A DNA stretch of 64,000 nucleotides from assembly GCA_964532485.1 (NCBI GenBank), contig CAZHKE010000001.1, positions 68,358 to 132,357 on the forward strand, written 5' to 3'. Below, one piece after another: positions 54,586-63,368 of this stretch (its first letter is position 1; every line of letters begins with the position of its first letter). Source of the DNA: an uncultured Bifidobacteriaceae bacterium. GTDB lineage: Bacteria; Actinomycetota; Acidimicrobiia; IMCC26256; PALSA-555. A model generated the notes under the pieces. It had not been told where the DNA came from, did not search any database, and worked only from the letters and a program-made list of their open reading frames with translations. Made by a program: the position numbers and the translations under genes.

Positions 54586-55701
54586 ATGAAAGCGCTGGTG
54601 TACGACGGGGAGAAGGCGGCGATCCGCGGCGACGTCGACGTGCGCCCGCCCGGGCCTACCGAGGTCGAGGTGCGGGTCACCAACGCCGGGCTGTGCCACA
54701 GCGACCTGAGCGTCCTCGACGGGACGATCCCGTGGCCGCCCCCGGCCGTGCTCGGCCACGAGGGCGCGGGCGTGGTCGACGCCGTCGGCGAGGCCGTCAC
54801 CAACGTCGCGCCGGGTGACCACGTGGTGCTGCACACACTGGCGTTCTGCGGCGCGTGCAAGTGGTGCGAGACCGGCCGCCCCGCCTACTGCCGCAAGAGC
54901 ATCGCCAACGCGAGCCAGCCCTTCACCGTCGCCGGCGAAGCGGCGTGGAACTTCGCCGCCACCTCGTGCCTGTCGGAGCACACGGTCGTGCAGTCCGTGC
55001 AGTGCGTCAAGATCGACCCCGACATCGACCTGTCCGTCGCCTGCCTCATCGGCTGCGGTGTGCTGACGGGCATCGGCTCGGTGTGGAACCGCACCGAGCT
55101 CGGCCTCGGCGACACGTGCGTCGTGTTCGGCGTCGGCGGCGTGGGCCTCAACGTGATCCAGGCCGCGAAGGTGAAGGGGGCGGCGCGGATCATCGCGGTC
55201 GACACGGTGGCCGACAAGGAGCGGGCGGCCCGCGCGTTCGGTGCCACCGACTTCATCGTGGCAGGTGACGGCGTCGACGTCGTCGCGCAGGTGCGGGAGT
55301 GGTTCCCCACCGAGATCGCCAACGTCGTCGGCTCGTTCGGCGAGGGTGGCGTCGACTACGCGTTCGACTGCGTCGGCCACCCGGCGATCCTCGGCCAGTG
55401 CCTCGAGATGCTCGACTGGGGCGGCCACGCCGTCGCCGTCGGTGTGCCCGCCCCGACGGCGACCGTCGACGCCCGCATCACGAACTTCACCCACGTCGAG
55501 CGCACGCTCACCGGCTCGCGCGCCGGCTCGCACCGACCGCACTGGGACATCCCGCTCATCGTCGACGCGTACCAGCGGGGGCTCATCAAGCTCGACGAGC
55601 TGGTCAGCGAACGCTACGCCTTCGACGACTGGGAGAGCGCCGTGCATGACCTGCACGAGGGCAAGCTCGCACGCGGGGTGCTGGACATCTCGACGCCGTG
55701 A
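54586..55701 (+). CDS. Zinc-dependent alcohol dehydrogenase (class III-like MDR)
   Basis: 371 aa with GLCHSDL, GHEGAGVV, CGACKWCETG, GVGGVGL. Confidence 0.9.
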   Translation: MKALVYDGEKAAIRGDVDVRPPGPTEVEVRVTNAGLCHSDLSVLDGTIPWPPPAVLGHEGAGVVDAVGEAVTNVAPGDHVVLHTLAFCGACKWCETGRPAYCRKSIANASQPFTVAGEAAWNFAATSCLSEHTVVQSVQCVKIDPDIDLSVACLIGCGVLTGIGSVWNRTELGLGDTCVVFGVGGVGLNVIQAAKVKGAARIIAVDTVADKERAARAFGATDFIVAGDGVDVVAQVREWFPTEIANVVGSFGEGGVDYAFDCVGHPAILGQCLEMLDWGGHAVAVGVPAPTATVDARITNFTHVERTLTGSRAGSHRPHWDIPLIVDAYQRGLIKLDELVSERYAFDDWESAVHDLHEGKLARGVLDISTP

Positions 55702-56450
55702 GCGCGACCGACCCCGTCGCCATCGAGCGACGGTTCCGTGGCCCCGACGACTCGGGACAGGGCGGCTACACGTGCGGCCTCGTGGCCGCGGTCCTGGGCA
55801 ACCCGGCCGAGGTGCGCCTGCGGCGCCCGCCCCCGCTCGAGCGCTCCCTCACGAGGGTGCGCACCGCTGAGGGCGTGGAGCTGCGCGACGGCGAAGACGT
55901 CGTCGCCGAGGGACGGCCGATCGGCGCGCTCGAGGTCGAGCTGCCGCCGCGGGTCGGGGACGACGGGGCCGACGCCGGCACGGTCGGCGGCCTCGAGTGG
56001 GCGACGACGCCGGGCGCGCACCCGTTCCCCCGGTGCTTCGGCTGTGGGCCCGAACGCGAACCCGGCGACGCGCTGCGGATCTTCGCGGGCCCGGTCCCCG
56101 GGCGCGACGGCGTGTACGCGGCGACCTGGACGCCCGACGCGTCCCTCGGGTCCGATGACGACGGTGGCGCGGTGGACGAGGTGTTCGTGTGGGCGGCACT
56201 CGACTGCCCGACGTCCGCGCCCGTGGTCCCGACCCTCGCCGACGGTCAGGCCGTCGTCCTCGGCACGATGGCCGCGGAGATCAGGGTCCGCCCGCGCGTC
56301 GGCACGCGGCACGTGATCATGAGCTGGCTGGCCGAGCGCACCGACCGGGTCGCGCAGGCCATCGCGGTGCTCCACGCGGGCGACGAGCCGATCGCCGTCG
56401 CGCGGGGAACGTGGGTGCACGTCGATCGAGAGCGCTTCGGAGGGGGATGA
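55698..56450 (+). CDS. Hotdog-fold thioesterase-like protein
   Basis: 250 aa. GTG overlaps the ADH stop. CFGCGPE...GDALRI and the double-hotdog-like layout recall PaaI/FcoT-type proteins. Moderate call. Confidence 0.6.
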   Translation: MSATDPVAIERRFRGPDDSGQGGYTCGLVAAVLGNPAEVRLRRPPPLERSLTRVRTAEGVELRDGEDVVAEGRPIGALEVELPPRVGDDGADAGTVGGLEWATTPGAHPFPRCFGCGPEREPGDALRIFAGPVPGRDGVYAATWTPDASLGSDDDGGAVDEVFVWAALDCPTSAPVVPTLADGQAVVLGTMAAEIRVRPRVGTRHVIMSWLAERTDRVAQAIAVLHAGDEPIAVARGTWVHVDRERFGGG

Positions 56451-56451
56451 G

Positions 56452-57378
56452 ATGGGACTGCCCGAGGACGTGAAGGAGCTCGGCGCGAAGGTCCGCAACT
56501 GGGGCCGGTGGGGCGACGACGACGAGCTCGGCACGCTCAACCTGATCACCGACGACGTGGTGCGGTCAGCGGCCCAGGAGATCAAGAGCGGTCGGCGGCT
56601 CGCGCTCGGGATCCCGATGGACGAGCAGGGCCCACAGACCGGCGCGATCCCGGGCCGCGACAACCCGGTGCACGAGATGATCATGGTCGACACGCCGCTC
56701 ACGGGTGACCCGTCGCAGTTCACGACGAGCGACGACAAGATCGCGATGGGGTTGCAGTCGGCGACGCACTGGGACGCGCTCGCGCACGTCAGCTACGAGG
56801 GCAAGCTCTACAACGGCGTCGACTCGAGCGTCATCACCGAGGCCGGCGCGGCGAGGATGGGCATCGACAAGGTGCGCACCATCGTCGGGCGCGGCGTGCT
56901 GCTGGACGTGCCGAAGGCGATGGGCGTCGACCGCGTCGAAGGCGGGCAGGCGCTCACCGCAGCCGACCTCGACGCCGCCTGCGAGGCGGGCAGGGTCGAC
57001 GTGCGGGCGGGCGACATCGTGCTGCTGCGGACCGGCCACATCAAGTGGTTCCTCGAGGGCGACCGCGAGCGCTACGGCGTCCCCGCACCGGGACCGTCGC
57101 TGCAGACGGTGGAGTGGTTCCGCTCGCACGACGTGGCCGCGGTGGCGACCGACAACATCACGTTCGAGGTGTACCCGTGCGAGCGCGAGGACGCGATGCT
57201 GCCCGTGCACCTCCTCCACCTCGTCGACATGGGCATGACCCAGGGCCAGAACTGGAACCTCGAGGACCTGGCCGAGGCGTGCGCCGACGACGGTCGCTAC
57301 TCGTTCTTCCTCGACGCGTCCCCGATGCCGGTGACCGGTGCCGTCGGCAGCCCGGTCAACCCGATCGTCGTCAAGTAG
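56452..57378 (+). CDS. Putative cyclase (kynurenine-formamidase-like) family protein
   Basis: 308 aa with NWGRWGDDDELGTLN, ATHWDALAHV, GVLLDV, GDIVLLRTG. Confidence 0.75.
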   Translation: MGLPEDVKELGAKVRNWGRWGDDDELGTLNLITDDVVRSAAQEIKSGRRLALGIPMDEQGPQTGAIPGRDNPVHEMIMVDTPLTGDPSQFTTSDDKIAMGLQSATHWDALAHVSYEGKLYNGVDSSVITEAGAARMGIDKVRTIVGRGVLLDVPKAMGVDRVEGGQALTAADLDAACEAGRVDVRAGDIVLLRTGHIKWFLEGDRERYGVPAPGPSLQTVEWFRSHDVAAVATDNITFEVYPCEREDAMLPVHLLHLVDMGMTQGQNWNLEDLAEACADDGRYSFFLDASPMPVTGAVGSPVNPIVVK

Positions 57379-57485
57379 CGGGGTGGGGGGCGCCGGCCCG
57401 ATCGCGCGCCGCCTCGCGCTCGTCACCGGCGCGTCGTCATCTCGGGGACGGCGGTCCAGAGGGTCGGGGATAGGGTCCTCACTCG

Positions 57486-58238
57486 ATGAGTCGCTTCGAC
57501 GATCGCGTGGTGGTCGTGACGGGTGCCGCATCGGGCATCGGTCGCGCGACGGCAGCCCGATTCGGCGACGAGGGCGGAGTCGTCGCCTGCCTCGACATCG
57601 ACGAGAGCGGCGCGTCGGCCACCGCGCAGGCGATCACCGAGGCGGGCGGACGCGCCCGGGGCTGGCAGCTCGACGTCACCGATGCCGACGCTGTCGATCA
57701 GGCGATCGCCGTGATCGTCGAGACCCTCGGCCCGCCGAGGATCTGCTGCAACATCGCGGGCATCGGCACGTTCGCGCGCAGCGAGGACCAACCCGTGGAC
57801 CAGTTCGAGCACATCCTCGCGGTCAACGTCGTCGGCACGTTCGCCGTCTCGCGTGCGTGCCTGCCGCACCTGCTCGAGCAGCACGGCTGCATCGTCAACA
57901 TCTCGTCGAGCGCAGGGATCTTCGGCCAGCCGTACAGCGCGGCGTACTGCGCGTCGAAGGGCGCGGTCTCACTGATGACGAAGGCGATGGCCGTCGAGTA
58001 CAACCGTCGGGGTGTACGGGTGAACGCCGTCGCGCCCGCCGGCATCGACACGCCGATCACGAGGGACTTCGGCTTCGTCGAGGGCAGTGACGTCAAGGAG
58101 TACCTCAAGATGATGCCACCGACGGGGAAGATGGGCACCCCGGAGATGGTGGCGTCGACGATCGCGTACCTGGCCTCCGAGGAAGCCGGCTACATCACCG
58201 GCGTGATCCTGCCGATCGACATGGGCGTCACCGCGTGA
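57486..58238 (+). CDS. Short-chain dehydrogenase/reductase (SDR)
   Basis: 250 aa with VVVTGAASGIGRA, YCASKGAV (YxxxK), ITGVILPIDMG. Confidence 0.85.
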   Translation: MSRFDDRVVVVTGAASGIGRATAARFGDEGGVVACLDIDESGASATAQAITEAGGRARGWQLDVTDADAVDQAIAVIVETLGPPRICCNIAGIGTFARSEDQPVDQFEHILAVNVVGTFAVSRACLPHLLEQHGCIVNISSSAGIFGQPYSAAYCASKGAVSLMTKAMAVEYNRRGVRVNAVAPAGIDTPITRDFGFVEGSDVKEYLKMMPPTGKMGTPEMVASTIAYLASEEAGYITGVILPIDMGVTA

Positions 58239-58287
58239 CGGTGCGCCCCGACATCTTGGGCGTCACCGCGTGACGGTGCGCCCCGAC
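58223..58287. repeat. Tandem duplication: two identical 30-bp units, period 35 bp
   Basis: GGGCGTCACCGCGTGACGGTGCGCCCCGAC at 58223-58252 and 58258-58287. Unit 1 includes the SDR stop codon. Each unit contains the palindrome CGTCAC-CGC-GTGACG. Confidence 0.85.
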
Positions 58288-58304
58288 CTCCCGGGAGTGA
58301 CGGC

Positions 58305-58823
58305 ATGAGCGAGAGCGACCCGAAGCAGCCGTTCGGACAGGGCGTCAAGCAGCGCGACCTCATCAAGATGACGCCCGAGGAGGTCGACGACTTCCTCCAC
58401 GGCTGGCACACGATGAGCTGCGCGACGTACAACCACGACGGGACGATCCATCTGGTCGCGATGTGGTACGGCTTCCTCGAGGGCGCGCCTGCGCTGGAGA
58501 CGAAGGCGAAGAGCCAGAAGGTGCAGAACCTTCGCCGCGACCCTCGCATCACGTGTCTGATCGAAGAGGGCGATTCCTACGACCAGCTGCGTGGCGTCGA
58601 GCTGGTCGGCACCGCGGAGATCATCGAGGACTACGACCGAGTCTTCGAGATGGGCAAGAGCCTCGTCGCTCGCACCGCCGGCCAGGAGTACACCGACGAC
58701 ATGAAGTCGATGGTCGACGTGATGATCAACAAGCGCGTCTGCGTGAAGATCGACGTCGAACGGTACGTCTCGTGGGACCACCGCAAGCTGGGCTTGCCGG
58801 AGATGCCCAAGCCGCCGTCGTAG
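58305..58823 (+). CDS. PPOX-class (pyridoxamine 5'-phosphate oxidase-like, probably F420/FMN-binding) protein
   Basis: 172 aa with MTPEEVDDFLHGWHTMSCATYNHDGTIHLVAMWY...KVQNLRRDPRIT, typical of the split-barrel family. Confidence 0.7.
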   Translation: MSESDPKQPFGQGVKQRDLIKMTPEEVDDFLHGWHTMSCATYNHDGTIHLVAMWYGFLEGAPALETKAKSQKVQNLRRDPRITCLIEEGDSYDQLRGVELVGTAEIIEDYDRVFEMGKSLVARTAGQEYTDDMKSMVDVMINKRVCVKIDVERYVSWDHRKLGLPEMPKPPS

Positions 58824-58840
58824 GGCGGCCGACCTGATCG

Positions 58841-60553
58841 TCAGCCGGCCGTGACCGTCTCGGTGTCGCGGCCGCTGCGCAGCACGGTCCCGGGGAGCGC
58901 CCCGGTGAGCTCTCCGTCACGCACGATCTCGGTGCCGTTCACGATGACGTGCTTGACCCCCTCGGCGTCGCCGTAGAGGCGGCCCGCCCCGGCGGGCAGG
59001 TCGTCGCGCCACACGATCGGTCCGGGCGCGACGGTGTCGGGGTCGAACACGACGAGGTCGGCGTGCCAGCCCTCGGCGATCCGGCCGCGATCGGTGATGC
59101 CGTAGAGCCGGGCCTGTCGGTCGGTCAGGAGCGACACCGCCTCCTCGAGCGGCATGAGCTGGTGCTCGCGGCACGCGCGCAACATGGCGGTCGAGTAGTT
59201 GAACGTCGACAGCATGTCGAGGTGCGCGCCGGCGTCGGACGCGCCGACGACGGCACGCGGGTCGCGCCAGACGTCGCGGCGCAGCTCCCAGCTGTCGATG
59301 TCGTTGCCCGCGACGGGAGGGCAGAGGACGGTGGCGAGGCCGTCGGCGACGACGATGTCACACAACGTGTCGAACGGCTCCTGGCCGCGCTCGGCCGCGA
59401 TCTCACCGACGGTCCGACCGGCGCACCCCGCGTTCTCAGGCGCGAACGTCTGGTTGATCTCCATGTTCGCCCAGTTCGCGAGCCCGCGGAGGAGACCCGC
59501 CTCGGGTGACGCCGCGCCTTCGGCGAGCCGCGCGCGCTCGGCCGGGTCGGACAGCGCCTCGAGCTTCTCCGTCGGCGCCAATGCCATGGTCTTCGCCCAG
59601 CCGGGCAGCGCGTCGAGCACGAACCCCGACCGAAAGCTCAGGAACGTCTTCATCGTGTCGGGCACCGTCAGCGCCAGCACCTTGCCGCCGCGCGCGGCCG
59701 CGTAGTCGCCCGCCTTCAGCGCCTCCCACGCGTAGTCGGCGCGAGCAGAGGTCGGCACGAGCACGTTCCAGTTCAGCGGCCGGTCCGCGGCCTTCGACAT
59801 GTCGGCCATCAGCTGGAGGTGCTCCTCCTCGAAGCCGCCGACGGACGGGATGAACTCGAGCGTGGTGCCCTCGTGTGTGCCCGTCGTCTCGCAGAGTGCG
59901 ATCAGCTCCTCCTTGGTTGCCGCGCGCGACGGCACGGGATCGCCGTCGGCATCGTTGTGCGTGCGCGCCCAGGACGACGAGAAGCCCAGGCCGCCGGCCG
60001 CGAGCGAGTCGGCGAGCAGCGCCCGCATCGACTGGATCTGATCCTCGCTCGCCGGCTTGCCGACCGCGTCGTCACCCATCACGCAGCGGCGGATCGCCGA
60101 GTGGCCGACGAGGAAGCCCGCGTTCACCGCGGTCTTGCCGTCGATCTTGTCGAGGTAGTCGCCGAAGCTGTGCCAGTCGTACGAGACACCCTCGAGCAGC
60201 GAGTCGAGGGGCATGCCCTCGACGCGGGCGAGCATGCGGGTGAGGTAGTCGGTCTCGGTCGGCTCGATCGGCGCGATCGTGAACCCACAGTTGCCGCCGA
60301 CGATCGTGGTGACGCCGTGGAGCGGCGACGGCGTGACCGCGGGATCCCAGAGCACCTGGGCGTCGTAGTGCGTGTGGATGTCGATGAACCCCGGTGCCAC
60401 GACCATGCCGTGAGCGGCGATGACGGTCGTCGCGTCGTCGGTGATGTCGCCGATCGCGACGACACGTCCGCCTCGCACGCCGACGTCGGCCCGCCGGCGC
60501 GGTGCGCCCGTCCCGTCGACGACGTCGGCTCCGCGGATGATCAAGTCGAGCAT
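58841..60553 (-). CDS. D-aminoacylase-like amidohydrolase (paralog of 51230-52963)
   Basis: In-frame ATG 60553 gives MLDLIIRGADVVDGTG...PGFIDIHTHYD...GVTTIVGGNCG. The upstream part of track ORF 58841-60862 is not protein-like. Confidence 0.8.
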   Translation of the reverse strand: MLDLIIRGADVVDGTGAPRRRADVGVRGGRVVAIGDITDDATTVIAAHGMVVAPGFIDIHTHYDAQVLWDPAVTPSPLHGVTTIVGGNCGFTIAPIEPTETDYLTRMLARVEGMPLDSLLEGVSYDWHSFGDYLDKIDGKTAVNAGFLVGHSAIRRCVMGDDAVGKPASEDQIQSMRALLADSLAAGGLGFSSSWARTHNDADGDPVPSRAATKEELIALCETTGTHEGTTLEFIPSVGGFEEEHLQLMADMSKAADRPLNWNVLVPTSARADYAWEALKAGDYAAARGGKVLALTVPDTMKTFLSFRSGFVLDALPGWAKTMALAPTEKLEALSDPAERARLAEGAASPEAGLLRGLANWANMEINQTFAPENAGCAGRTVGEIAAERGQEPFDTLCDIVVADGLATVLCPPVAGNDIDSWELRRDVWRDPRAVVGASDAGAHLDMLSTFNYSTAMLRACREHQLMPLEEAVSLLTDRQARLYGITDRGRIAEGWHADLVVFDPDTVAPGPIVWRDDLPAGAGRLYGDAEGVKHVIVNGTEIVRDGELTGALPGTVLRSGRDTETVTAG

Positions 60554-60602
60554 CGGACGTCCCCCTTCGCGAATCGCCTGCTCAGGGTAGCGTCGCCGAC
60601 AC

Positions 60603-61367
60603 ATGACCACGATCGCGGTGACGGGCTCGGCCGGCGGCATCGGCGGGGCGATCCGCGCCCGGATCGAGGCCGCGGGCCACGACGTCGTCGGCGTCGACGT
60701 GCGCGATGCCGACGTCATCGCCGATCTGTCGACCGCCGCCGGGCGCACTGCGGCGTGCGACGCGATCGTTGCCGAGACCGCCGGGGTGCTCGACGGCTTG
60801 GTGGTCGCGGCGGGCATCGGTGGCAGCACGGAAGCGCCGTCGTCGATGGTGGCGCGGATCAACTACTTCGGTGCCGTCGGCCTGTTGGAAGGGCTGCGCG
60901 AGCCGCTGGCGGCCGGACAGCTCGAGGCCGCGGTGGCGATCGCGTCGAACTCGGCGACGGCCATGCCGGTCGAGGACCCGACGTTGGTCGACGAGTGCCT
61001 GACCGGCGACGAAGAGGCCGCGGCGAAGACGGCTGAAGGCATGGACGGTGAGGCCGTCTACGCCTTCGCCAAGCTCGCGCTGGCGCGCAAGGTGCGGCGG
61101 CTCGCGGTCGAGTGGGCGCCTGGCATCCGCGTGAACGCGGTCGCGCCGGGTCCGGTGCTCACGCCGCTGACCCGCGCCGCGCTGGACCACCCGGTGACGG
61201 GGGACCTGATCCGCGCGTTCCCGATCCCGATGGACCGCTGGGGCGAGCAGACCGAGATCGCCGAGGCGGTGTGGTTCCTGCTCTCGTCCCAGTCGGCGTG
61301 GACGACCGGCACCGTGCTCTTCGTCGACGGTGGCACCGACGCTCTCCTCAACCCCGACCGCCTCTAG
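60603..61367 (+). CDS. SDR resembling 3-alpha-hydroxysteroid dehydrogenase/carbonyl reductase
   Basis: 254 aa: MTTIAVTGSAGGIGGAIRARIEAAGHDVVGVDVRDADVIADLSTAAGR...YAFAKLAL...VDGGTDALLNPDRL. Closely parallels my recollection of the Comamonas testosteroni 3alpha-HSD/CR sequence. Confidence 0.7.
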   Translation: MTTIAVTGSAGGIGGAIRARIEAAGHDVVGVDVRDADVIADLSTAAGRTAACDAIVAETAGVLDGLVVAAGIGGSTEAPSSMVARINYFGAVGLLEGLREPLAAGQLEAAVAIASNSATAMPVEDPTLVDECLTGDEEAAAKTAEGMDGEAVYAFAKLALARKVRRLAVEWAPGIRVNAVAPGPVLTPLTRAALDHPVTGDLIRAFPIPMDRWGEQTEIAEAVWFLLSSQSAWTTGTVLFVDGGTDALLNPDRL

Positions 61368-61388
61368 GCGGGAAGGAGCGCACAGACC

Positions 61389-62348
61389 ATGACGACGCTG
61401 CACCTGACGGACGCCGACGAGGGGCGGCACCTCCCCGGCACGGAGCCGCTGTGGGGTGAGTCGTGGTACCACGACTGGGCCGCGTCGGACGGGAGCTACG
61501 GCGGCTACCTGCGCCTCGGGCTGTACCCGAACCAGCAGGTTGTGTGGTACTGGGTCGCGCTCGTGCGCGACGGCGAGCCTCTCGTGCTGCTGGTCGATCA
61601 CGCGGTGCCCGCGCCGCCGATGCCGGCCGACATGACGGCCGAGCCGGCGGTGAGCGTCGTGTCGGACGGGCTGCGCGCGACGTGGACACCCGTCGAGTCG
61701 CTGTGGAAGTACCGGATCACCACAGCAGGGACGGGCATCGCACTCACCGATCCCGCCGACGAGCTGCGGGGAACCGGTGGGGGCCCGGAGGTCCCGATCG
61801 GCCTCGACCTCACGTGGCAGGGCGTCGCGCCGACGTTCCCGTACGCGATGACGACGCGCTTCGAGCAGTCCGCGTGGGTGAGCGGTGAGGTGACGATCGG
61901 TGACGAGCGCATCGACGTGCACTGCCCGGGTCAGCGCGACCACTCCTGGGGCGTGCGCGACTGGTGGCTTTTCGGCTGGCAGTGGTGCTCGGGGCGGCTC
62001 GACGACGGCACGTGGTGGCACAGCGCGCGCTCGATCGTGCCGAAGGTCGACATCTTCCAGACGGGGTACCTCGTGCGCCCCGACATGTCGCTCGAGCCGG
62101 TCGACGCCGTCGGTGCCGACTACGAGCTCGACGACGAGATGCTGCCCGTGCGCGGCGAGCTCACCGTCGGCGACCTCGAGATGGGCTGGACGGCGGAGCT
62201 GCAGGCACCGGTCCTGCTCGTGTCACCCGAGGGCAAGCAGTCGCGCTTCCCGCGCTGCACCTGCCGGTTCGAGACTGCGGACGGCCGGACCGGGCGCGGC
62301 TGGCTCGAGTACAACTTCCCCGAAGGGGTACCGCACCTCAAGGGGTGA
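61389..62348 (+). CDS. Hypothetical beta-rich protein (GQRDHSWGVRDW motif)
   Basis: 319 aa with GGAAGGAG upstream of the ATG. Trp-rich, possibly AttH/CrtC-like lipocalin-type fold. Family not confidently recognised. Confidence 0.6.
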   Translation: MTTLHLTDADEGRHLPGTEPLWGESWYHDWAASDGSYGGYLRLGLYPNQQVVWYWVALVRDGEPLVLLVDHAVPAPPMPADMTAEPAVSVVSDGLRATWTPVESLWKYRITTAGTGIALTDPADELRGTGGGPEVPIGLDLTWQGVAPTFPYAMTTRFEQSAWVSGEVTIGDERIDVHCPGQRDHSWGVRDWWLFGWQWCSGRLDDGTWWHSARSIVPKVDIFQTGYLVRPDMSLEPVDAVGADYELDDEMLPVRGELTVGDLEMGWTAELQAPVLLVSPEGKQSRFPRCTCRFETADGRTGRGWLEYNFPEGVPHLKG

Positions 62349-62352
62349 CGCG

Positions 62353-63309
62353 TCAGTCGTCGGCGCGATCGGGGGGCTCGGGACCGGTGCGGGGGAGATC
62401 GAGGATCTTCGTCGCCTCGTCCGCGGCCGCGACCGGGCGTCCGACGTCCTCGCAGAGGGCGACACCGCGCTGCACGAGCTCTGCGTTCGTCGGCTGCTCG
62501 GGGCCCGCGTAGTCCTCGAGGCCCAGGTGCAGGTGCGCTCCCCGCTCGAGCGCGGCGCGCGCCAGCGGCCCGTCGAACACGTCGCCGCCGATCACCGCGA
62601 CCGACCACGGCAACGGACAGCTGTCGAGCAGCTCGCAGTAGGCGTCCAGCGCGGCCAGTGTCGGTGGCAGCCCGAACGCAGCGCCGCCGTGCTGCCCGAC
62701 GCTGGTCAGGTAGCCGGCGTCACCGCCGAAGTACAGCTTGATCATCGCGCCCTTCGGCAGACGGCCGGCGTGGTGCCATGCGAGCGCGGTGCGCAGCCAG
62801 CCCGGCTCGAAGATCGCCATCGACGGCCCGAGTCGCAGGCCCGAGCACACCGCCGCCTGGTGGCGGATGTCGCCGAACGAGTTCGCGTACACGAACCCGG
62901 GTGCCGCGGGCACACCGTCGTCGCCCATGCCACCGAGGTTCACCGATCCGGGATCGATGATCCCGATGCGCAGCCACCCGGTCGCGGCGAGCGGTGCCAT
63001 GTGTGCGTACGCGCCCTCCACGCCGGGTCCGAAGTTGGTGGTGGGGTAGAGCAGCGCGTCGGGACGCTCGTCGAACACCGGGCGCCAGCCCTCGAAGTAG
63101 CGGTCGGCGGCCTCCTGGCCCGAGACCGCGACGACATCGGCGTGGTTGTGGACGATCGCTGCGCCCGCGTCGATGCACGCGAGCGCGTCGGCGGCGATCT
63201 CCTCGGGCAGGCGCGGCGTGTTCGGGTTGCGCTCCTTGGTGGTCGTGCCGTTGATCGCGGCCTCGATGACCACCGGGCGCTGCGCCGACGCACCCTGCTG
63301 CTTGGCCAC
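62353..63309 (-). CDS. Beta-keto acid cleavage enzyme (BKACE / DUF849, 3-keto-5-aminohexanoate cleavage-like)
   Basis: 318 aa with VVIEAAINGTTTKERNPNTPRLPEEIAADALACIDAGAAIVHNH, typical of the BKACE N-terminus. Confidence 0.75.
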   Translation of the reverse strand: MAKQQGASAQRPVVIEAAINGTTTKERNPNTPRLPEEIAADALACIDAGAAIVHNHADVVAVSGQEAADRYFEGWRPVFDERPDALLYPTTNFGPGVEGAYAHMAPLAATGWLRIGIIDPGSVNLGGMGDDGVPAAPGFVYANSFGDIRHQAAVCSGLRLGPSMAIFEPGWLRTALAWHHAGRLPKGAMIKLYFGGDAGYLTSVGQHGGAAFGLPPTLAALDAYCELLDSCPLPWSVAVIGGDVFDGPLARAALERGAHLHLGLEDYAGPEQPTNAELVQRGVALCEDVGRPVAAADEATKILDLPRTGPEPPDRADD

Positions 63310-63368
63310 GCCGTGACCCTAGGGCCTGTTGCAGCGTCTCGCGGCCCACCGGTACGGTCGCCGCCGCC

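Noticed and set aside
57401-57440. Spacer upstream of SDR 57486 translates in one frame as ..RRLALVTGASSSRG.., resembling an SDR N-terminal Gly motif.
   Set aside because: Only about 9 residues match. There is no start codon or continuation of the fold. GC-rich sequence readily yields Ala/Leu/Val/Thr/Gly strings. The evidence is much weaker than for the C-terminal remnant at 28783-28868.
60566-60573. TTCGCGAA palindrome in the divergent spacer between the amidohydrolase and the HSD-like SDR.
   Set aside because: Only 8 bp and a single occurrence. Insufficient to propose an operator.
62346-62355. 10-bp perfect palindrome TGACGCGTCA, similar to the TGACG operator half-sites.
   Set aside because: It is produced by the two convergent stop codons (TGA at 62346-62348 and TCA at 62353-62355). 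It has no spacer and lies between gene ends, not in a promoter.
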